Shown: positions 1 through 10,443 of the stretch, piece by piece
How the letters are laid out: each line of letters begins with the position of its first letter
Position numbering within the stretch: position 1 is the first letter of the stretch
Source of the DNA: an uncultured delta proteobacterium
GTDB taxonomy: Bacteria > Myxococcota > Myxococcia > Myxococcales > Myxococcaceae
Assembly (NCBI GenBank): GCA_963796055.1
Contig: CAWCKH010000002.1
Span: forward strand, 64,001 to 128,000
Reading direction: 5' to 3'
DNA: 64,000 nt
The notes under the pieces: model-generated
What the model saw: the letters and a program-made list of their open reading frames with translations, nothing else
The model's database searches: none
What the model was told of the DNA's origin: nothing
Translations under genes and position numbers: made by a program

Positions 1-675
1 CACCCCGTCCGGCGGGACGTCCCGGAACCCCACCGTCCCGTAGAGGATGTAGTCGGCCTTGCTCAGCGTGCCGATCTCCTTGGCCTCGGTGGCCCCCAGC
101 CCCACCGCCGATGCGACCCGCAGCTTGCCGGCGGCGAACGACGGGTCGAGCACCGTCCATCCGTCACGCTTGAAGGCGTCGGTCAGGACCGTCGAGGTGA
201 CACCCGAGCTGGTGGTCACTCCCCTCTCGTCGATGGTCTGTTCTTGCAGGAGCACCACCATCCGCCGCCCCTGCAGCCGCTTGACCAGCGCCTGCACCGC
301 CTGGAGATCGCGGTCCAGCTCGGCCGTCCCGACCTGCGCGCGGACCTTCACCTTCACCACGCCGCGCTCGGTGGTCTGCGACAGGACGTCGTAGCTCCGG
401 ACGTAGCCTGCGCTGTGCGAGTACACCTGGTCCGAGACCAGCTGGCTGTTGACCGCCAGCGACTGGGAGCTGACCAGGACGCCGGCGACCTGTTCCACCG
501 CGCTGCGGAGCGCCGCCTCCTTCGCCTCCCGCGCTGCCCGGTCGACGTTGCCGCCGACGATGGCCGCCTCGCCCTCGGCCTCCCTGGTCACCACCGGCGG
601 CACCTTCTCCGCCGCCCAGACCGGAGCGACCAGCACGACCAGGAGCAGCGCCGCGCCTCGACGTGCGTTCCTCAT
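1..675 (-). CDS. Exported protein with FlgT N-terminal-like domain (3' end lies outside the window)
   Basis: Not in the ORF track. Read manually from ATG at 675: MRNARRGAALLLVVLVAPVWAAEKVPPVVTREAEGEAAIVGGNVDRAAREAKEAALRSAVEQVAGVLVSSQS. Signal peptide present; ATGA overlap with the upstream gene's stop. Confidence 0.7.
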   Translation of the reverse strand, partial: MRNARRGAALLLVVLVAPVWAAEKVPPVVTREAEGEAAIVGGNVDRAAREAKEAALRSAVEQVAGVLVSSQSLAVNSQLVSDQVYSHSAGYVRSYDVLSQTTERGVVKVKVRAQVGTAELDRDLQAVQALVKRLQGRRMVVLLQEQTIDERGVTTSSGVTSTVLTDAFKRDGWTVLDPSFAAGKLRVASAVGLGATEAKEIGTLSKADYILYGTVGFRDVPPDGV

Positions 676-1460
676 GGGACGATGGCCACCCGTCCCTCGA
701 TCAGGACCGTGGAGGAGAGCTGCTCGAGCGCGCGGGCCTCGTCGTCCGCGAGGACCAGGTCCGAGCCCTGCGCCTTCTGGGCCTTCACCAGCAGCGGGGT
801 GCCCCCGAGCGCCGGGGCGTGTGTCGCCTGCTCCAGGCTCTTGAAGTAACGGGCCGGGACCGCGTCCTTGCGCGCCTCCTTGCCCATCATCTCCGCCGAG
901 TAGAGCACCTTGCCCGAGGCGTCGAGCAGCCGTGGCGCGAGGACCGGCTGCACGCCCAGACCCCGCGCATCGACCAGGAGCCCGGTGTGCCGGCCCTCGG
1001 TCGCCTTGGCGGTGATCGTCTCCGCCGGAGCCGAGGTGGGCTCGAGCACAGCCTGGGCGATGCCCGACAGCGGCACCTCGACGACCATCTCCACGCCCTG
1101 GTCGCTGTAATACCGCTTCTTCACCACCTTGAAGCCCTTCACCACGCCCTCGACCCGGCCCTTCACCTCGTCCCTGGCCATCGCCTCGCCCACCGTCTTG
1201 CTGGAGGAGATGTGGATGCCCTTCGCCTGGGCGATGAGGTTCCGGAAGGCGTCGAGCTGCGCGGCCTTCTCCGCCCCGAGCCGTGCCTGCGCGGGGCTGA
1301 GCGAGCGCATGTCCGGAGCGCCCGAGCCGGTGGCCTTGATGACCTGGCCCTGCCAGTCGACGCTGCCCTCCCGCTTCGCGGGGTCGGTCTTCGTCGCCTC
1401 GCCCTTGGCGGGCTCCGCGGCGAGCAGGGACAGCGTGAGCACAACGGGATGCAGCAGCAT
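672..1460 (-). CDS. LPP20-like exported protein
   Basis: Start trimmed to MLLHPVVLTLSLLAA (signal peptide). VDW..IKATGSG..ARLGAEKAAQLDAFRNL and TGLLVDARGL patterns fit this family. Confidence 0.65.
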   Translation of the reverse strand: MLLHPVVLTLSLLAAEPAKGEATKTDPAKREGSVDWQGQVIKATGSGAPDMRSLSPAQARLGAEKAAQLDAFRNLIAQAKGIHISSSKTVGEAMARDEVKGRVEGVVKGFKVVKKRYYSDQGVEMVVEVPLSGIAQAVLEPTSAPAETITAKATEGRHTGLLVDARGLGVQPVLAPRLLDASGKVLYSAEMMGKEARKDAVPARYFKSLEQATHAPALGGTPLLVKAQKAQGSDLVLADDEARALEQLSSTVLIEGRVAIVP

Positions 1461-1651
1461 CGCGGCGGAGCACCTCCACCTGCCCCCGGGCGCCGAACGT
1501 CGGTGTGTCAGCGCCCCCAGTCGCGGGAAGGTCTGGAAATCAGACGTGACCGGTCTGGAGGGTGTCAAGGACCGGGTCCGCGCCGCGACGGCAGCCGGGG
1601 CAAAGACACCCCGGTTGTCGTGTGCACGCCGGGGCACAACCACAACGTGCG

Positions 1652-2002
1652 TCAGGCGGCCTCGTCCGACTCCTCCGCCTCGCTGGCGGTCTCCACGTAA
1701 CGGCGGATGAGCCGACGGTGGCGCTCGGTGAGCAAGGTGAAGCGGACGCCGTCGGCCTGCGCGTCCTCGGACTCGATCCACTCCCGGACCACCTCGCCCT
1801 CGGCGTAGATGACCTCGTTCGAGCCGGGAAGCTGGAACTGGAGCCCCACCCGCTTCCCGGCGTGCTCGGGCTCGAGCAGCCGGGCGAGCCGTACCCCGCC
1901 CGGGCTGATGTCGCGCGCACGCGCGGTGTAGGGCACGCCGCCCACATACTTGTTGAGCAGGATGTCGATCTGCGCCCGCCCCGTCCTGCGTTGCTCGGCC
2001 AT
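1652..2002 (-). CDS. PilZ-domain (c-di-GMP-binding) protein
   Basis: RRTGR (RxxxR) and DISPGG (DxSxxG) motifs; GGAGGAG RBS upstream of ATG 2002. Confidence 0.85.
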   Translation of the reverse strand: MAEQRRTGRAQIDILLNKYVGGVPYTARARDISPGGVRLARLLEPEHAGKRVGLQFQLPGSNEVIYAEGEVVREWIESEDAQADGVRFTLLTERHRRLIRRYVETASEAEESDEAA

Positions 2003-2179
2003 CGGTCCCGCTCCTCCCGAAGGGCTCCGGGGCAAAGCATGCCTCCCGGGAATGACAGGCCGCTGCAGACCTGTTCACTCGCCCCGAACGGTAGGCCAGG
2101 GTGTCGATCGGTCAAGAAAACGCCGGGACTTCCTGGTAAGCGACCCCGCCAAACACCCGACGAAGGGAAAGCATCCGAC

Positions 2180-2983
2180 ATGCGACGACTGTCCTGGCTC
2201 CTCCTCGCACTGGCCGCGCCGGCCCTGGCCGCCGCGCCGGACGGAGGGGTGAGCGCCACACACGGCAAGCCTGACGGCGGCGTGGCTGCCGCGCCCGAGA
2301 AGCCGGTCGGCTACCTCAAGACGGCCGACGACAAGGAGCTGTACGCCCTCGGCTACAGCTTCGGCCGGAACCTCCAGGTCTTCGACCTCTCGCCCGCCGA
2401 GCTGGAGATCATCCGCAAGGCGCTCACCGAGGGCGCCACCGACAAGAAGCCGCTCATCCCGCTCGAGACCTACGGGCCGAAGATCCAGGAGCTCGCGGCA
2501 GCGCGCCACACCCGCGCCGCGCAGAAGAAGGAAGCCCGCGACAAGCCCTACCTCGACGCGGCGGCGAAGCAGAAGGGCGCGCAGGTCCTCTCCTCGGGGG
2601 TGGTCTACATCCCGGAGAAGCAGGGCACCGGGCCGGCTCCCAAGTCCACCGACGAGGTGACCGTCAACTACGTGGGCAAGCTCACCAACGGCACCGAGTT
2701 CGACTCCAGCTACAAGCGGAACCAGCCGCTCAAGTTCCAGCTGGACAAGGTCATCCCTTGCTGGACCGAGGGCGTGCAGAAGATGAAGGTGGGCGGCAAG
2801 GCCCGCCTGGTCTGCCCGGCCAAGGCCGGCTACGGCGAGAACGGCCAGCCCCGCGCGGGCATCCCCGGTGGCTCGGTGCTCGATTTCAACGTCGAGCTGC
2901 TGGACGCCAAGGCCCCGCCCCCGCCTCCGGTCCCTACCCCGGGCGCCACTCCCGGCTTCACCCCGCCCCCCGCGGGCAAGTGA
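2180..2983 (+). CDS. FKBP-type peptidyl-prolyl isomerase (FkpA/Mip-like) with signal peptide
   Basis: YALG N-domain; VNYVGKLTNGTEFDSSY, VIPCWTEG and GYG motifs; Pro-rich tail. Confidence 0.93.
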   Translation: MRRLSWLLLALAAPALAAAPDGGVSATHGKPDGGVAAAPEKPVGYLKTADDKELYALGYSFGRNLQVFDLSPAELEIIRKALTEGATDKKPLIPLETYGPKIQELAAARHTRAAQKKEARDKPYLDAAAKQKGAQVLSSGVVYIPEKQGTGPAPKSTDEVTVNYVGKLTNGTEFDSSYKRNQPLKFQLDKVIPCWTEGVQKMKVGGKARLVCPAKAGYGENGQPRAGIPGGSVLDFNVELLDAKAPPPPPVPTPGATPGFTPPPAGK

Positions 2984-4328
2984 GGAAGGGGCCCGCCGCG
3001 CCCCGGACGGCCGCGCGCGGGCAGCCTCGGCGGCGCGCGCCGGTCCCCGACCTCTCCGAGCTTCGCGGGGCGCTCCGGCGCTGGACGGCCGAGTGCGTCC
3101 GCCCACCCCACCTCCGCTTCCGGCACCCCTGGCTCGCCCCCATGCCCCTCAGCGCGGCGGCGGCGCGGGTCCTCGCGGGCAGGGCCTCCGGGGGCCAGCG
3201 CGCCCCGGCGTCCGGGGATGGCTTCAGCTCCGGGGACTACTCGCTCGGGCTCTTCCACCACGACGCGAGCGAGGCGTCGATCGCCCTGCTCGACGATCCC
3301 GAGTTCCAGCGCGCGGCCGCGGGCAGCCTGCTCTGCCTGCTCGACTGCGCCGACCCGGACGGCCGCGTGCACCGCGCCGAGCTACCGCACAAGGCGCGCG
3401 AAGCCGAGCCGTCCAAGCCGGTCATCGCCCAGTACGCGCTGCGCTGCACCCGGGCGCTCGGCCCGGAGTGGGCGGAGCGCCACCAGGTCTATCCACGCGT
3501 CTCCGCCTTCCAGCGGTGGCAGGAGCGCCACCTGGCAGGGCTCCACGGCCTGTTCCTGACGTGGAGCGCGCTCCAGTCCGGCTTCGACACCGACGTGCTC
3601 TCCGCCGGGTTCCCCGAGTGCACCATCGAGGGACCGGACACCAACGCCTTCATGGTGCTCGAGTACGAGGCGCTGGCCGAGCTGGCGCGGCTGCTGGGGC
3701 GCGGCGGCGAGGCGGACGCCTGGCTGCAGTCCGCGGCCACCCTGCGCCGCCGCATCGAGGAGCTGCTCTGGAGCGACCCGCTCGGCCACTACGTCGCGCT
3801 CCGCTGGGAGCACGGGGTGGGCGCGCCGGACGCGGAGATCGTCGGCACCCGGGACGTCGATGGGGTGGTGCGCCCCTTCGTCAGCTGGACCGGGCTGCTT
3901 CCGCTCTATGCCGGCATCCCCTCGGCGGACCGCGCGCGCCGGATGGTGGAGGTGTTGCTCCGGCCCGAGGGGTTCTGGGGACCGGTCGGGGTGCGCACCT
4001 GCCCGGCGGACGATCTCTACTTCCAGCAGTCACCGCGGGTGCTGCTGTTCGATTTCAAGAAGGCCCGCCGAGGCCCGGTGTCCAACTGGAGCGGCCCGGT
4101 CTGGGTGCTCTCCAGCCACTACCTGGCCGAGGGGCTCGCCCGGTACGGCCACGCGGCCGAGGCCCGGGAGCTGGCCCTCAGGACGGCCCGGCTTCTGGCC
4201 GACGACGTCGCCCGGACCGGCGTGTTGCACGAATGCTGGAACGACGGGGGGAGGGGCTGTGGCCCCGGAGCGGAACCTTCGTGTCCTGGAACGTGCTGGG
4301 CCCCCGGATGCTCGACCGTCTCGGGTGA
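2980..4328 (+). pseudogene. GH63/MGH1-like (trehalase-like) glycoside hydrolase with apparent 1-nt frameshift near the 3' end
   Basis: QSGFD, NWSGPVW and LHECWN motifs. The expected C-terminus (GEGLWPRSGTFVSWNV, stop at 4328) is in another frame after a G6 run at 4246-4251. May be a sequencing error. Confidence 0.65.
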
Positions 4329-4417
4329 GCGCCGGGCCTGGACGTGCGAAGGCCCGGGACTCCTTCGACGGAGTGCCCGGGCCAGTCGTGAAGGTGCGTT
4401 CTATCGTGTCGAAGGAG

Positions 4418-4621
4418 TTACTGCGGACGGACGTTCTGCGCCTGCAGGCCCTTCGGGCCACGGGTGATGTCGAAGGTCACCTTCTGCCCCTCGGCGAGGG
4501 TGCGGAACCCATCGGCCTGGATGGCGGTGTGGTGGCAGAACACGTCCTCGCCCCCGCCGTCCTGGGTGATGAAACCGAAGCCCTTCGCATCGTTGAACCA
4601 CTTCACGGTACCAGTTGCCAT
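4418..4621 (-). CDS. Cold-shock protein (CspA family), 67 aa
   Basis: [18 protein letters not shown] (RNP1) and DVFCHH (RNP2). Confidence 0.97.
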   Translation of the reverse strand: MATGTVKWFNDAKGFGFITQDGGGEDVFCHHTAIQADGFRTLAEGQKVTFDITRGPKGLQAQNVRPQ

Positions 4622-4702
4622 TTCGTTGCTTCCTTCATGAACGGCCCGGGATCTCAGTCCTGGGCCAGCGACCCCGGCCTTCATGGCTCGAGCGTCGCCG
4701 CC

Positions 4703-4731
4703 AACATAAGAGCTTCTTCCTCCACTGTCCA
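4703..4731 (-). promoter_or_regulatory. Putative sigma70 promoter of the csp gene
   Basis: Minus strand TGGACA-N17-TATGTT, about 80 nt upstream of the csp ATG. Confidence 0.55.
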
Positions 4732-4776
4732 CGCGCTTTTCCAGGAAGGACGGCTGAGAGGGTATGACGCGGTGCC

Positions 4777-6576
4777 TCACCACCCACACGCGCGGCCGCG
4801 GTTCTGTTCTCTCAACCAGCTCTGGAGCGGGGCGAAGTACTCCAGCAGCGCACCCCCGTCGATCCGCCGTTCGCCGGTGAGCGCCTCGAGGGCATCCGGC
4901 CAGGGCTTGCTCGCCCCGAGGGCAAGCATCGCCTGGAGACGGCGGCCGGCCTCCTTGCTCCCGGCGAACGAGCAGGAGTGGAGCGGCCCGGCGTGGCCCG
5001 CGGCCTTGCAGAGCGCCCGGTAGAACTGGAACTGGAGCACCCGGGCCAGGAAGTAGCGGATGTACGAGACGTTGGCCGGCACGTGGTACTTCGCGCCGGC
5101 GTCGAAATCGGCCTCCGCGCGGGCCACCGGCGGGGACACCCCCTGCTCCCGGGTGCGCAGCGCCCACCACGCTGCCTGGTAGTCCCCGGGGGGCACCTTC
5201 CCGGAGAAGACCTGCCAGCGCCACGCGTCGATGTCCTTGGCGAACGGCAGGAAGGCGACCTTCTCCAGCGCGCTCTTGAGCTGCGCGTCGATCAGCGCCT
5301 TCTGGTTCTCCGGAGGCACCCGGTCGAGCAGGCCCGCCGAGACCAGGTACGCCGGAGTGACCGAGAGCGCGAGCGCGTCCCCCACCGCCTCGTGGAAGGC
5401 CTCGTTCGCCCCGGTCATGTAGAGGAACGGCTGCTGGACGTAGGCGTGCTGGTAGTAGTTGTGGCCCAGCTCGTGGTGGATGGTGAGGAGATCTTCCTCG
5501 TTGGGCCGGATGCACATCTTGATCCGCAGGTCGTCGGCGTAGCTGACGTCCCAGGCCGAGGCGTGACACACCACCTCGCGATCCCGGGGCTTGGTGAAGA
5601 GCGAGTGGGTCCAGAAGGTGGCTGGCAGCGGATCGAGCCCGAGCCCGGTGAAGAAGCTCTCGCCCAGCTTCACCATCCGCCGCGGGTCCCAGCGCTGCGT
5701 CTCGAGCTTCCGCGTGACGTCGAGGCTGGCCACCCCGGGGTACGGCTCGACCAGCGGATAGATGTTGGTCCACTCCTGGGCCCACATGTTCCCCAGCAAG
5801 TGGGCGGGGATGGGTTTCCCGTCCGGGACCAGCGCCTTGCCGTACTTCCGCTGCAGCCCCGCCCGGACGTAGCAGTGGAGGTCGTCGTAGAGCGGCTTGA
5901 CCTGCCCCCAGATCCGGTCGGTCTCCCGCTCGAGCTCCTCCGGGGTCATGTCGTAGGCGCTCCTCCACAGCGCCCCCAGATCGGCGAAGCCGTTGTCCCG
6001 CGCCCCCTCGTTGGCCAGGACGACGAAGCGCTCGTAGAGCGGGCGGATCTGCCGGCCCACCGCGTGCCAGCCCTGCCAGGCCTCGAGGAGCGCCTTCGGA
6101 TCTCGGCTGCGGTCCATCACCCGCTCGAGCTGCTCCAGGTCCCTGCACTTCCTCTTCCCGTCGGTGCCGCAGTCCTTTCCCGCGCCGTACGTCCCCTCCA
6201 TCCGGGCGAGGATGGCGGTGAGCTCGGCGCGGTGGGCAGCATCGGCCGGGGGGAGCACCGCGTTGTTGACCCGGAGCAGCCGGATCATCCGCGCGCTGTC
6301 GGCATCCAGCGTCACCGTGTCGAACCGCTTCGCCTGCTCCAGCGCCTGGCGGGTGTAGGCGAGCAGGTCGTCGTTGGCCCAGGCCGCTGCCCGCTCGCTG
6401 TCCTCGGTGATGAAGGTGGACTTGATCCAGTCGGCCGTGGACTGCTTGACGGCGAGCGACTTCAGATCGTCGTTGACCTTCCGGAGGAAGGCGCGGGCCT
6501 CGTTCGCGGTCGCAGGCGGGGGCGCGGGGAGGGCGGTCGTCGGGAGCAGGAGGAGTGCGAGCAGTCGAGTGTGCAT
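4777..6576 (-). CDS. M2 family metallopeptidase (peptidyl-dipeptidase A, ACE-like)
   Basis: [17 protein letters not shown] and FHEAVGD zinc motifs, GAKYHVP; signal peptide. Confidence 0.95.
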   Translation of the reverse strand: MHTRLLALLLLPTTALPAPPPATANEARAFLRKVNDDLKSLAVKQSTADWIKSTFITEDSERAAAWANDDLLAYTRQALEQAKRFDTVTLDADSARMIRLLRVNNAVLPPADAAHRAELTAILARMEGTYGAGKDCGTDGKRKCRDLEQLERVMDRSRDPKALLEAWQGWHAVGRQIRPLYERFVVLANEGARDNGFADLGALWRSAYDMTPEELERETDRIWGQVKPLYDDLHCYVRAGLQRKYGKALVPDGKPIPAHLLGNMWAQEWTNIYPLVEPYPGVASLDVTRKLETQRWDPRRMVKLGESFFTGLGLDPLPATFWTHSLFTKPRDREVVCHASAWDVSYADDLRIKMCIRPNEEDLLTIHHELGHNYYQHAYVQQPFLYMTGANEAFHEAVGDALALSVTPAYLVSAGLLDRVPPENQKALIDAQLKSALEKVAFLPFAKDIDAWRWQVFSGKVPPGDYQAAWWALRTREQGVSPPVARAEADFDAGAKYHVPANVSYIRYFLARVLQFQFYRALCKAAGHAGPLHSCSFAGSKEAGRRLQAMLALGASKPWPDALEALTGERRIDGGALLEYFAPLQSWLREQNRGRACGW

Positions 6577-6612
6577 GCGGGGACAGGCACCCTAGGGCAG
6601 GCGTGAGAGCGG

Positions 6613-7653
6613 ATGGAACGGCGAGGCAGCGAACGGATCCTCATCTTTCTGAAGGGCGGGATCGGCGACGTCGTGTTCGCCCTTCCGCTCCTGGGTGACC
6701 TGCGCGCCGGCTTCCCGGGGGCCGAGCTGGTGGTCCTCAGCCACGACCAGGGCGCGGACGTGCTCCGCTACGCGCCCGCGGTCGACGCGGTCCGCTCGAC
6801 GGGTCCCATGTCCACCCGCGCCTCGGTGGCGGCGTCGCTGCGCGCCCTGGGGCCCGGAGGCTTCCAGGTGGCGGTGACCCCGGTGCGGTCGGCGCGCGCC
6901 GCGTGGCTGCTCCTCCGCACTGGCGCCCCGGTTCGGGTGGGCTTCGGCGGCGGGGCGGAGCGGCTCCTCCTCACCCACGTCGCGCCGGTCCGCCCTTTCG
7001 AGGTGGTCTTCTCCCGCCGCTTCGAGCGGCTGGCGACCGCGCTCGGGCTGTCCACGGGCGCGCCGGCGCGTCTCGCCGTCGAGGAGGCGCCGCGGGAAGA
7101 GGCCCGGCGCCGGCTGGAAGCCTCGGGCCGGGAGGAGGCACGGCCGCTGGTCGCGCTCCACGTGGGCGGTGGGTGGCCCACCAAGCGCTGGCCCCTCGAG
7201 CACTGCCGCGCGCTGGTCGGGCACCTCGCCGCGCAGGGCGCGCAGGTGCTCCTGGTGGGCGGTGCCGAGGACCGCGCGCGCGCGCGGGAGATCGCCACCA
7301 CCGCCCCGCCCTCCGCCGTCCTCGACCGGACGGGGGCCAGCGTGGCCGAGACGGTGCCCGAGCTGTCGCTGGCCGGGGCCGCTGTGGGGGTCGACTCGGG
7401 GCTGTCGCACGCGGGGGTGGCGCTCGGCGTTCCGACGGTGCTCCTCTTCGGCCCGAACGATCCCGACTCGGTCGCCCCCGTCCCGCACGCCCGTCTCGTC
7501 ACCCAGCCTTTGCCCTGCCGCCCCTGCAACCGCGCCGGCAAGGAGCGATGCCCCGAGGGTCACCACCGGTGCATGCGGGACACCACACCCGAGCAGGTCC
7601 TGGCCGCGCTCTCAGCGCTCACCCGCGCACCGGGCGTGGTCAGCGCCCGCTGA
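6613..7653 (+). CDS. Glycosyltransferase family 9 (LPS heptosyltransferase-like)
   Basis: GIGDVV, KRWP, DSGLSH, LFGP and CRPC..C..CM motifs. Confidence 0.92.
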   Translation: MERRGSERILIFLKGGIGDVVFALPLLGDLRAGFPGAELVVLSHDQGADVLRYAPAVDAVRSTGPMSTRASVAASLRALGPGGFQVAVTPVRSARAAWLLLRTGAPVRVGFGGGAERLLLTHVAPVRPFEVVFSRRFERLATALGLSTGAPARLAVEEAPREEARRRLEASGREEARPLVALHVGGGWPTKRWPLEHCRALVGHLAAQGAQVLLVGGAEDRARAREIATTAPPSAVLDRTGASVAETVPELSLAGAAVGVDSGLSHAGVALGVPTVLLFGPNDPDSVAPVPHARLVTQPLPCRPCNRAGKERCPEGHHRCMRDTTPEQVLAALSALTRAPGVVSAR

Positions 7654-8413
7654 CCGACTCCAGCGCCTCGAACCACTGCTCGGCCATGCGACCGTAGGCG
7701 GGCTGCGACGGATGAATGCCGTCGGGCAGATTCTCCACCCCACCGTCCACCGCGTCGGTCATCCCGGCGACCCAGGTGATCCGGTAACCCGCGTCGGCGT
7801 AGCGCTCGACGATGCCGTGGACGCGGTCGTTGAACGCCGCCACCTGGTCCGATGGCACCGACGTCTTCCAGGGTACCGGCGAGGCGACCACCCCCACCAT
7901 CGGCGAGAGGGCGAAGATCTGGGCCAGCAGCCGGTCGTACATCGCCGACGTCCTGTCCGGGTAGAGCGTGTCGGGAAAGTTCAGGTTGTTGGTCCCGGCG
8001 AGCAGGAGAATGACGTCGGGCCGGTAGGTGCGCACTGCCGAGTCCACCACCTGGCCCGCGAGCTGCTGCCCACCGTCGGCCGACTCGATCTGGTAGCCAC
8101 CGTGACCCTCGTGCCAGGGCTTCGGCATGTCCGCCGGCGAGCCAATCCGCAGGCTCCCCACGTAGTCGAACTCGTAACCGGCATCGACCAGGAGATTTTC
8201 CAGTGGCCAGCGGTAGCCGCCGAGCTCCGCCTGGTAGCCCACGGTGATCGAATCGCCCAGGGGCATGATCTTCACCCCGGCGTCACGCCGGAACCACGCG
8301 CTGGGACCGGCGTCCGCACCCGCGTCGGCGCCCGGGCCTGCGTCGAGCAGGGGGAAGAGGCTCGTCGGCCCTGCGCCGCCACAGCCAGCGAACACGACCC
8401 AGACCAGGGACAT
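7640..8413 (-). CDS. SGNH/GDSL hydrolase, probable lipoprotein
   Basis: PLGDSIT, GTNN and DGIHP blocks; FAGC lipobox. Alternative GTG start at 8449. Confidence 0.85.
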   Translation of the reverse strand: MSLVWVVFAGCGGAGPTSLFPLLDAGPGADAGADAGPSAWFRRDAGVKIMPLGDSITVGYQAELGGYRWPLENLLVDAGYEFDYVGSLRIGSPADMPKPWHEGHGGYQIESADGGQQLAGQVVDSAVRTYRPDVILLLAGTNNLNFPDTLYPDRTSAMYDRLLAQIFALSPMVGVVASPVPWKTSVPSDQVAAFNDRVHGIVERYADAGYRITWVAGMTDAVDGGVENLPDGIHPSQPAYGRMAEQWFEALESVSGR

Positions 8414-8547
8414 CAGGCCCCTGCGCCCCCTTCCCTGACCGATGGACACGGCGCGCCAAGCTGCGGACGCACCTGCTCGCACGCAAGCCCGCACCGCCGC
8501 CGAGCGTGCCGGAAGCGTCCGATGGCCTATGCTCCGGGGTGGACGGC

Positions 8548-10344
8548 ATGGACGTGGACCTGGACATCGCCCGGGCGGAGGTCGGTCCCGCGCCCCTGAT
8601 GGGGGACGGATGGGAGCTCCGTTTGCACACCGGTCGCGCCGCGGGCACCGTGCTGGTCGTGCCGCCAAACGGGGCGGTGCTCGGCAGCTCGCGCGAATGC
8701 GAGATGGTGCTGTCCGACGACGGCGTCGCGCCGCGCCACCTGAAATTCTCCGGGAGCAAGGGCAACCTCGAGTTCGTGCACCTCGGTGGCCGCTGGCCCA
8801 CGCTGCTCGATGGCGAGCCCCGGACGAGCGGCGTGCTGCGGGAGGGAAGCCAGCTTCAGGTCGGAGCGGTGCTCCTCTCCGTGGCCCGGCGCTCGATGAC
8901 CGCCCCACCCGGCGGTCCCGCCACCGAGGACGACGAGCCACCGCTCGCCCCGGGCACCATCCTCGCCGAGCGCTACCGCATCCACGACCTGGTGGGACGC
9001 GGCGGGATGGGCGCGGTGTACCGTGCCGAGCACCTGGCGCTCGGCAACACGGTGGCGGTGAAGGTGCTGCGGGCGTCGCACGGTGCGCATGCAGACATCG
9101 TCCGCCGCTTCCAGCGGGAGGCCGTCGCCGCGAGCCAGATCCGCCACCCAGGCATCGTCGAGGTCACCGACTTCGGCCAGACGCCGGACGGGCGCTTCTA
9201 CCTGGCGATGGAGCTCGTCGACGGCGAGACGCTGGCCCGGCGGCTGGCGAGGCTCGGTCCGCTGGTGCCTGCGGAGGCCGTGTCGCTGGTGCGCGCGCTG
9301 GCCCGGGCCCTCGGCGCCGCGCATGCCCGCGGCATCTACCACCGCGACATCAAGCCCGAGAACGTGCTGCTCGCCCGCGACGGGAGCGTGAAGCTGGCCG
9401 ACTTCGGCATCGCCCGGCTCGCCGAGGGTCCCCGCGACGCGCGGGAGACCGCCGCCGGGCTCATCTTCGGAACGCCGCACTACATGTCGCCAGAGCAAGC
9501 CGCCGGTCAGCGCCAGGATGGGCGGAGCGACGTATACGCGCTGGGGGTGCTCCTCTTCGAGCTGCTCACCGGGGCGCCCCCGTACCTCGGGGCGAGCGCC
9601 ACGCATGTGCTCGCCGCGCATCTGCTCTCGCCCGTGCCGCGGCTGCCGCCCCAGGGGCCGCACGGAGCCATTCCGCGGACCTTGGCCGACCTCGTCGCAC
9701 GGATGATGGCCAAGACCGCCGCCGAGCGTCCGGCGACGATGGCCGAGGTCGAGGCCGCGCTCGACGCCGTGCTCGCCGGCCAGGAGCTCCCCCTCCCCGC
9801 TCCGCGCGTGCTGCCGCGGACCCGGATCGCGCTGGTCGGCCTTGCCCTGGTGGCAGCAACGGTGGCGATCGCCCTCGTCACCCGTGGCGCCCGGAGCCCG
9901 GCCGCGGCCTCGACCTCGGGTCCTGGTCCCGCATCCGCGGGCACTTCGCCCGTGCCCGGAGTCACACCCCCCATCCCGGCGTCTCCGCCCCGGCTTCCCC
10001 AGGACGGCGCGTCGGGGCCGGTAGCGGCGACGGTCGCAGCGATGCCCGCTTCCAGGTCCCCTTCCGCCCCGCCGGCGCGTGCAGAGCGGCCTTTGCCGAT
10101 CGCCGTCGAGCTGCGCTCCACACCCGCCGGCGCCAGGGTCACCCTGCACGGACGGCCGCTCGGGCACACGCCGCTCTCGGTCCGCCTTCCCCCGGACCGC
10201 ACCCTGCTGCTGGTCTTCGAGGCCGACGGCCGGCAGTCCATCGCCGAGCGGGTCAGGGCACGGGCCGGGCTGGTGGTCACCGCGCACCTGCCGCCCGCGC
10301 CCGTCGCTCCGGGTCTGGACGACCTCAAGGCCTCGCCCTACTGA
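8548..10344 (+). CDS. Ser/Thr protein kinase with FHA-like N-domain, TM helix and C-terminal PEGA-like domain
   Basis: GRGGMGAVY, VAVK, HRDIKPEN, DFG and GTPHYMSPEQ motifs; STPAGARV..G..LGHTP. Confidence 0.93.
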   Translation: MDVDLDIARAEVGPAPLMGDGWELRLHTGRAAGTVLVVPPNGAVLGSSRECEMVLSDDGVAPRHLKFSGSKGNLEFVHLGGRWPTLLDGEPRTSGVLREGSQLQVGAVLLSVARRSMTAPPGGPATEDDEPPLAPGTILAERYRIHDLVGRGGMGAVYRAEHLALGNTVAVKVLRASHGAHADIVRRFQREAVAASQIRHPGIVEVTDFGQTPDGRFYLAMELVDGETLARRLARLGPLVPAEAVSLVRALARALGAAHARGIYHRDIKPENVLLARDGSVKLADFGIARLAEGPRDARETAAGLIFGTPHYMSPEQAAGQRQDGRSDVYALGVLLFELLTGAPPYLGASATHVLAAHLLSPVPRLPPQGPHGAIPRTLADLVARMMAKTAAERPATMAEVEAALDAVLAGQELPLPAPRVLPRTRIALVGLALVAATVAIALVTRGARSPAAASTSGPGPASAGTSPVPGVTPPIPASPPRLPQDGASGPVAATVAAMPASRSPSAPPARAERPLPIAVELRSTPAGARVTLHGRPLGHTPLSVRLPPDRTLLLVFEADGRQSIAERVRARAGLVVTAHLPPAPVAPGLDDLKASPY

Positions 10345-10356
10345 GGCCGCTGGGGT

Positions 10357-10427
10357 CTACCGGACGCCGCGGCCTTGACCAACCCGACGCCGGGGCTCCT
10401 GGCCTACCGGACGCCGCGGCCTTGACC
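10357..10427. repeat. Exact 24-bp direct repeat, two copies, 23-bp spacer
   Basis: CTACCGGACGCCGCGGCCTTGACC at 10357-10380 and 10404-10427. Confidence 0.95.
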
Positions 10428-10443
10428 TAACCTCCTGCCCCCG

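Noticed and set aside
4418..6148. 576-aa protein ending in a cold-shock domain
   Set aside because: The upstream part is an alternative frame of the M2 peptidase gene; csp has its own RBS and candidate promoter.
10357..10427. Mini CRISPR array
   Set aside because: Only two repeats, one 23-bp spacer, no AT-rich leader and no cas genes in the window.
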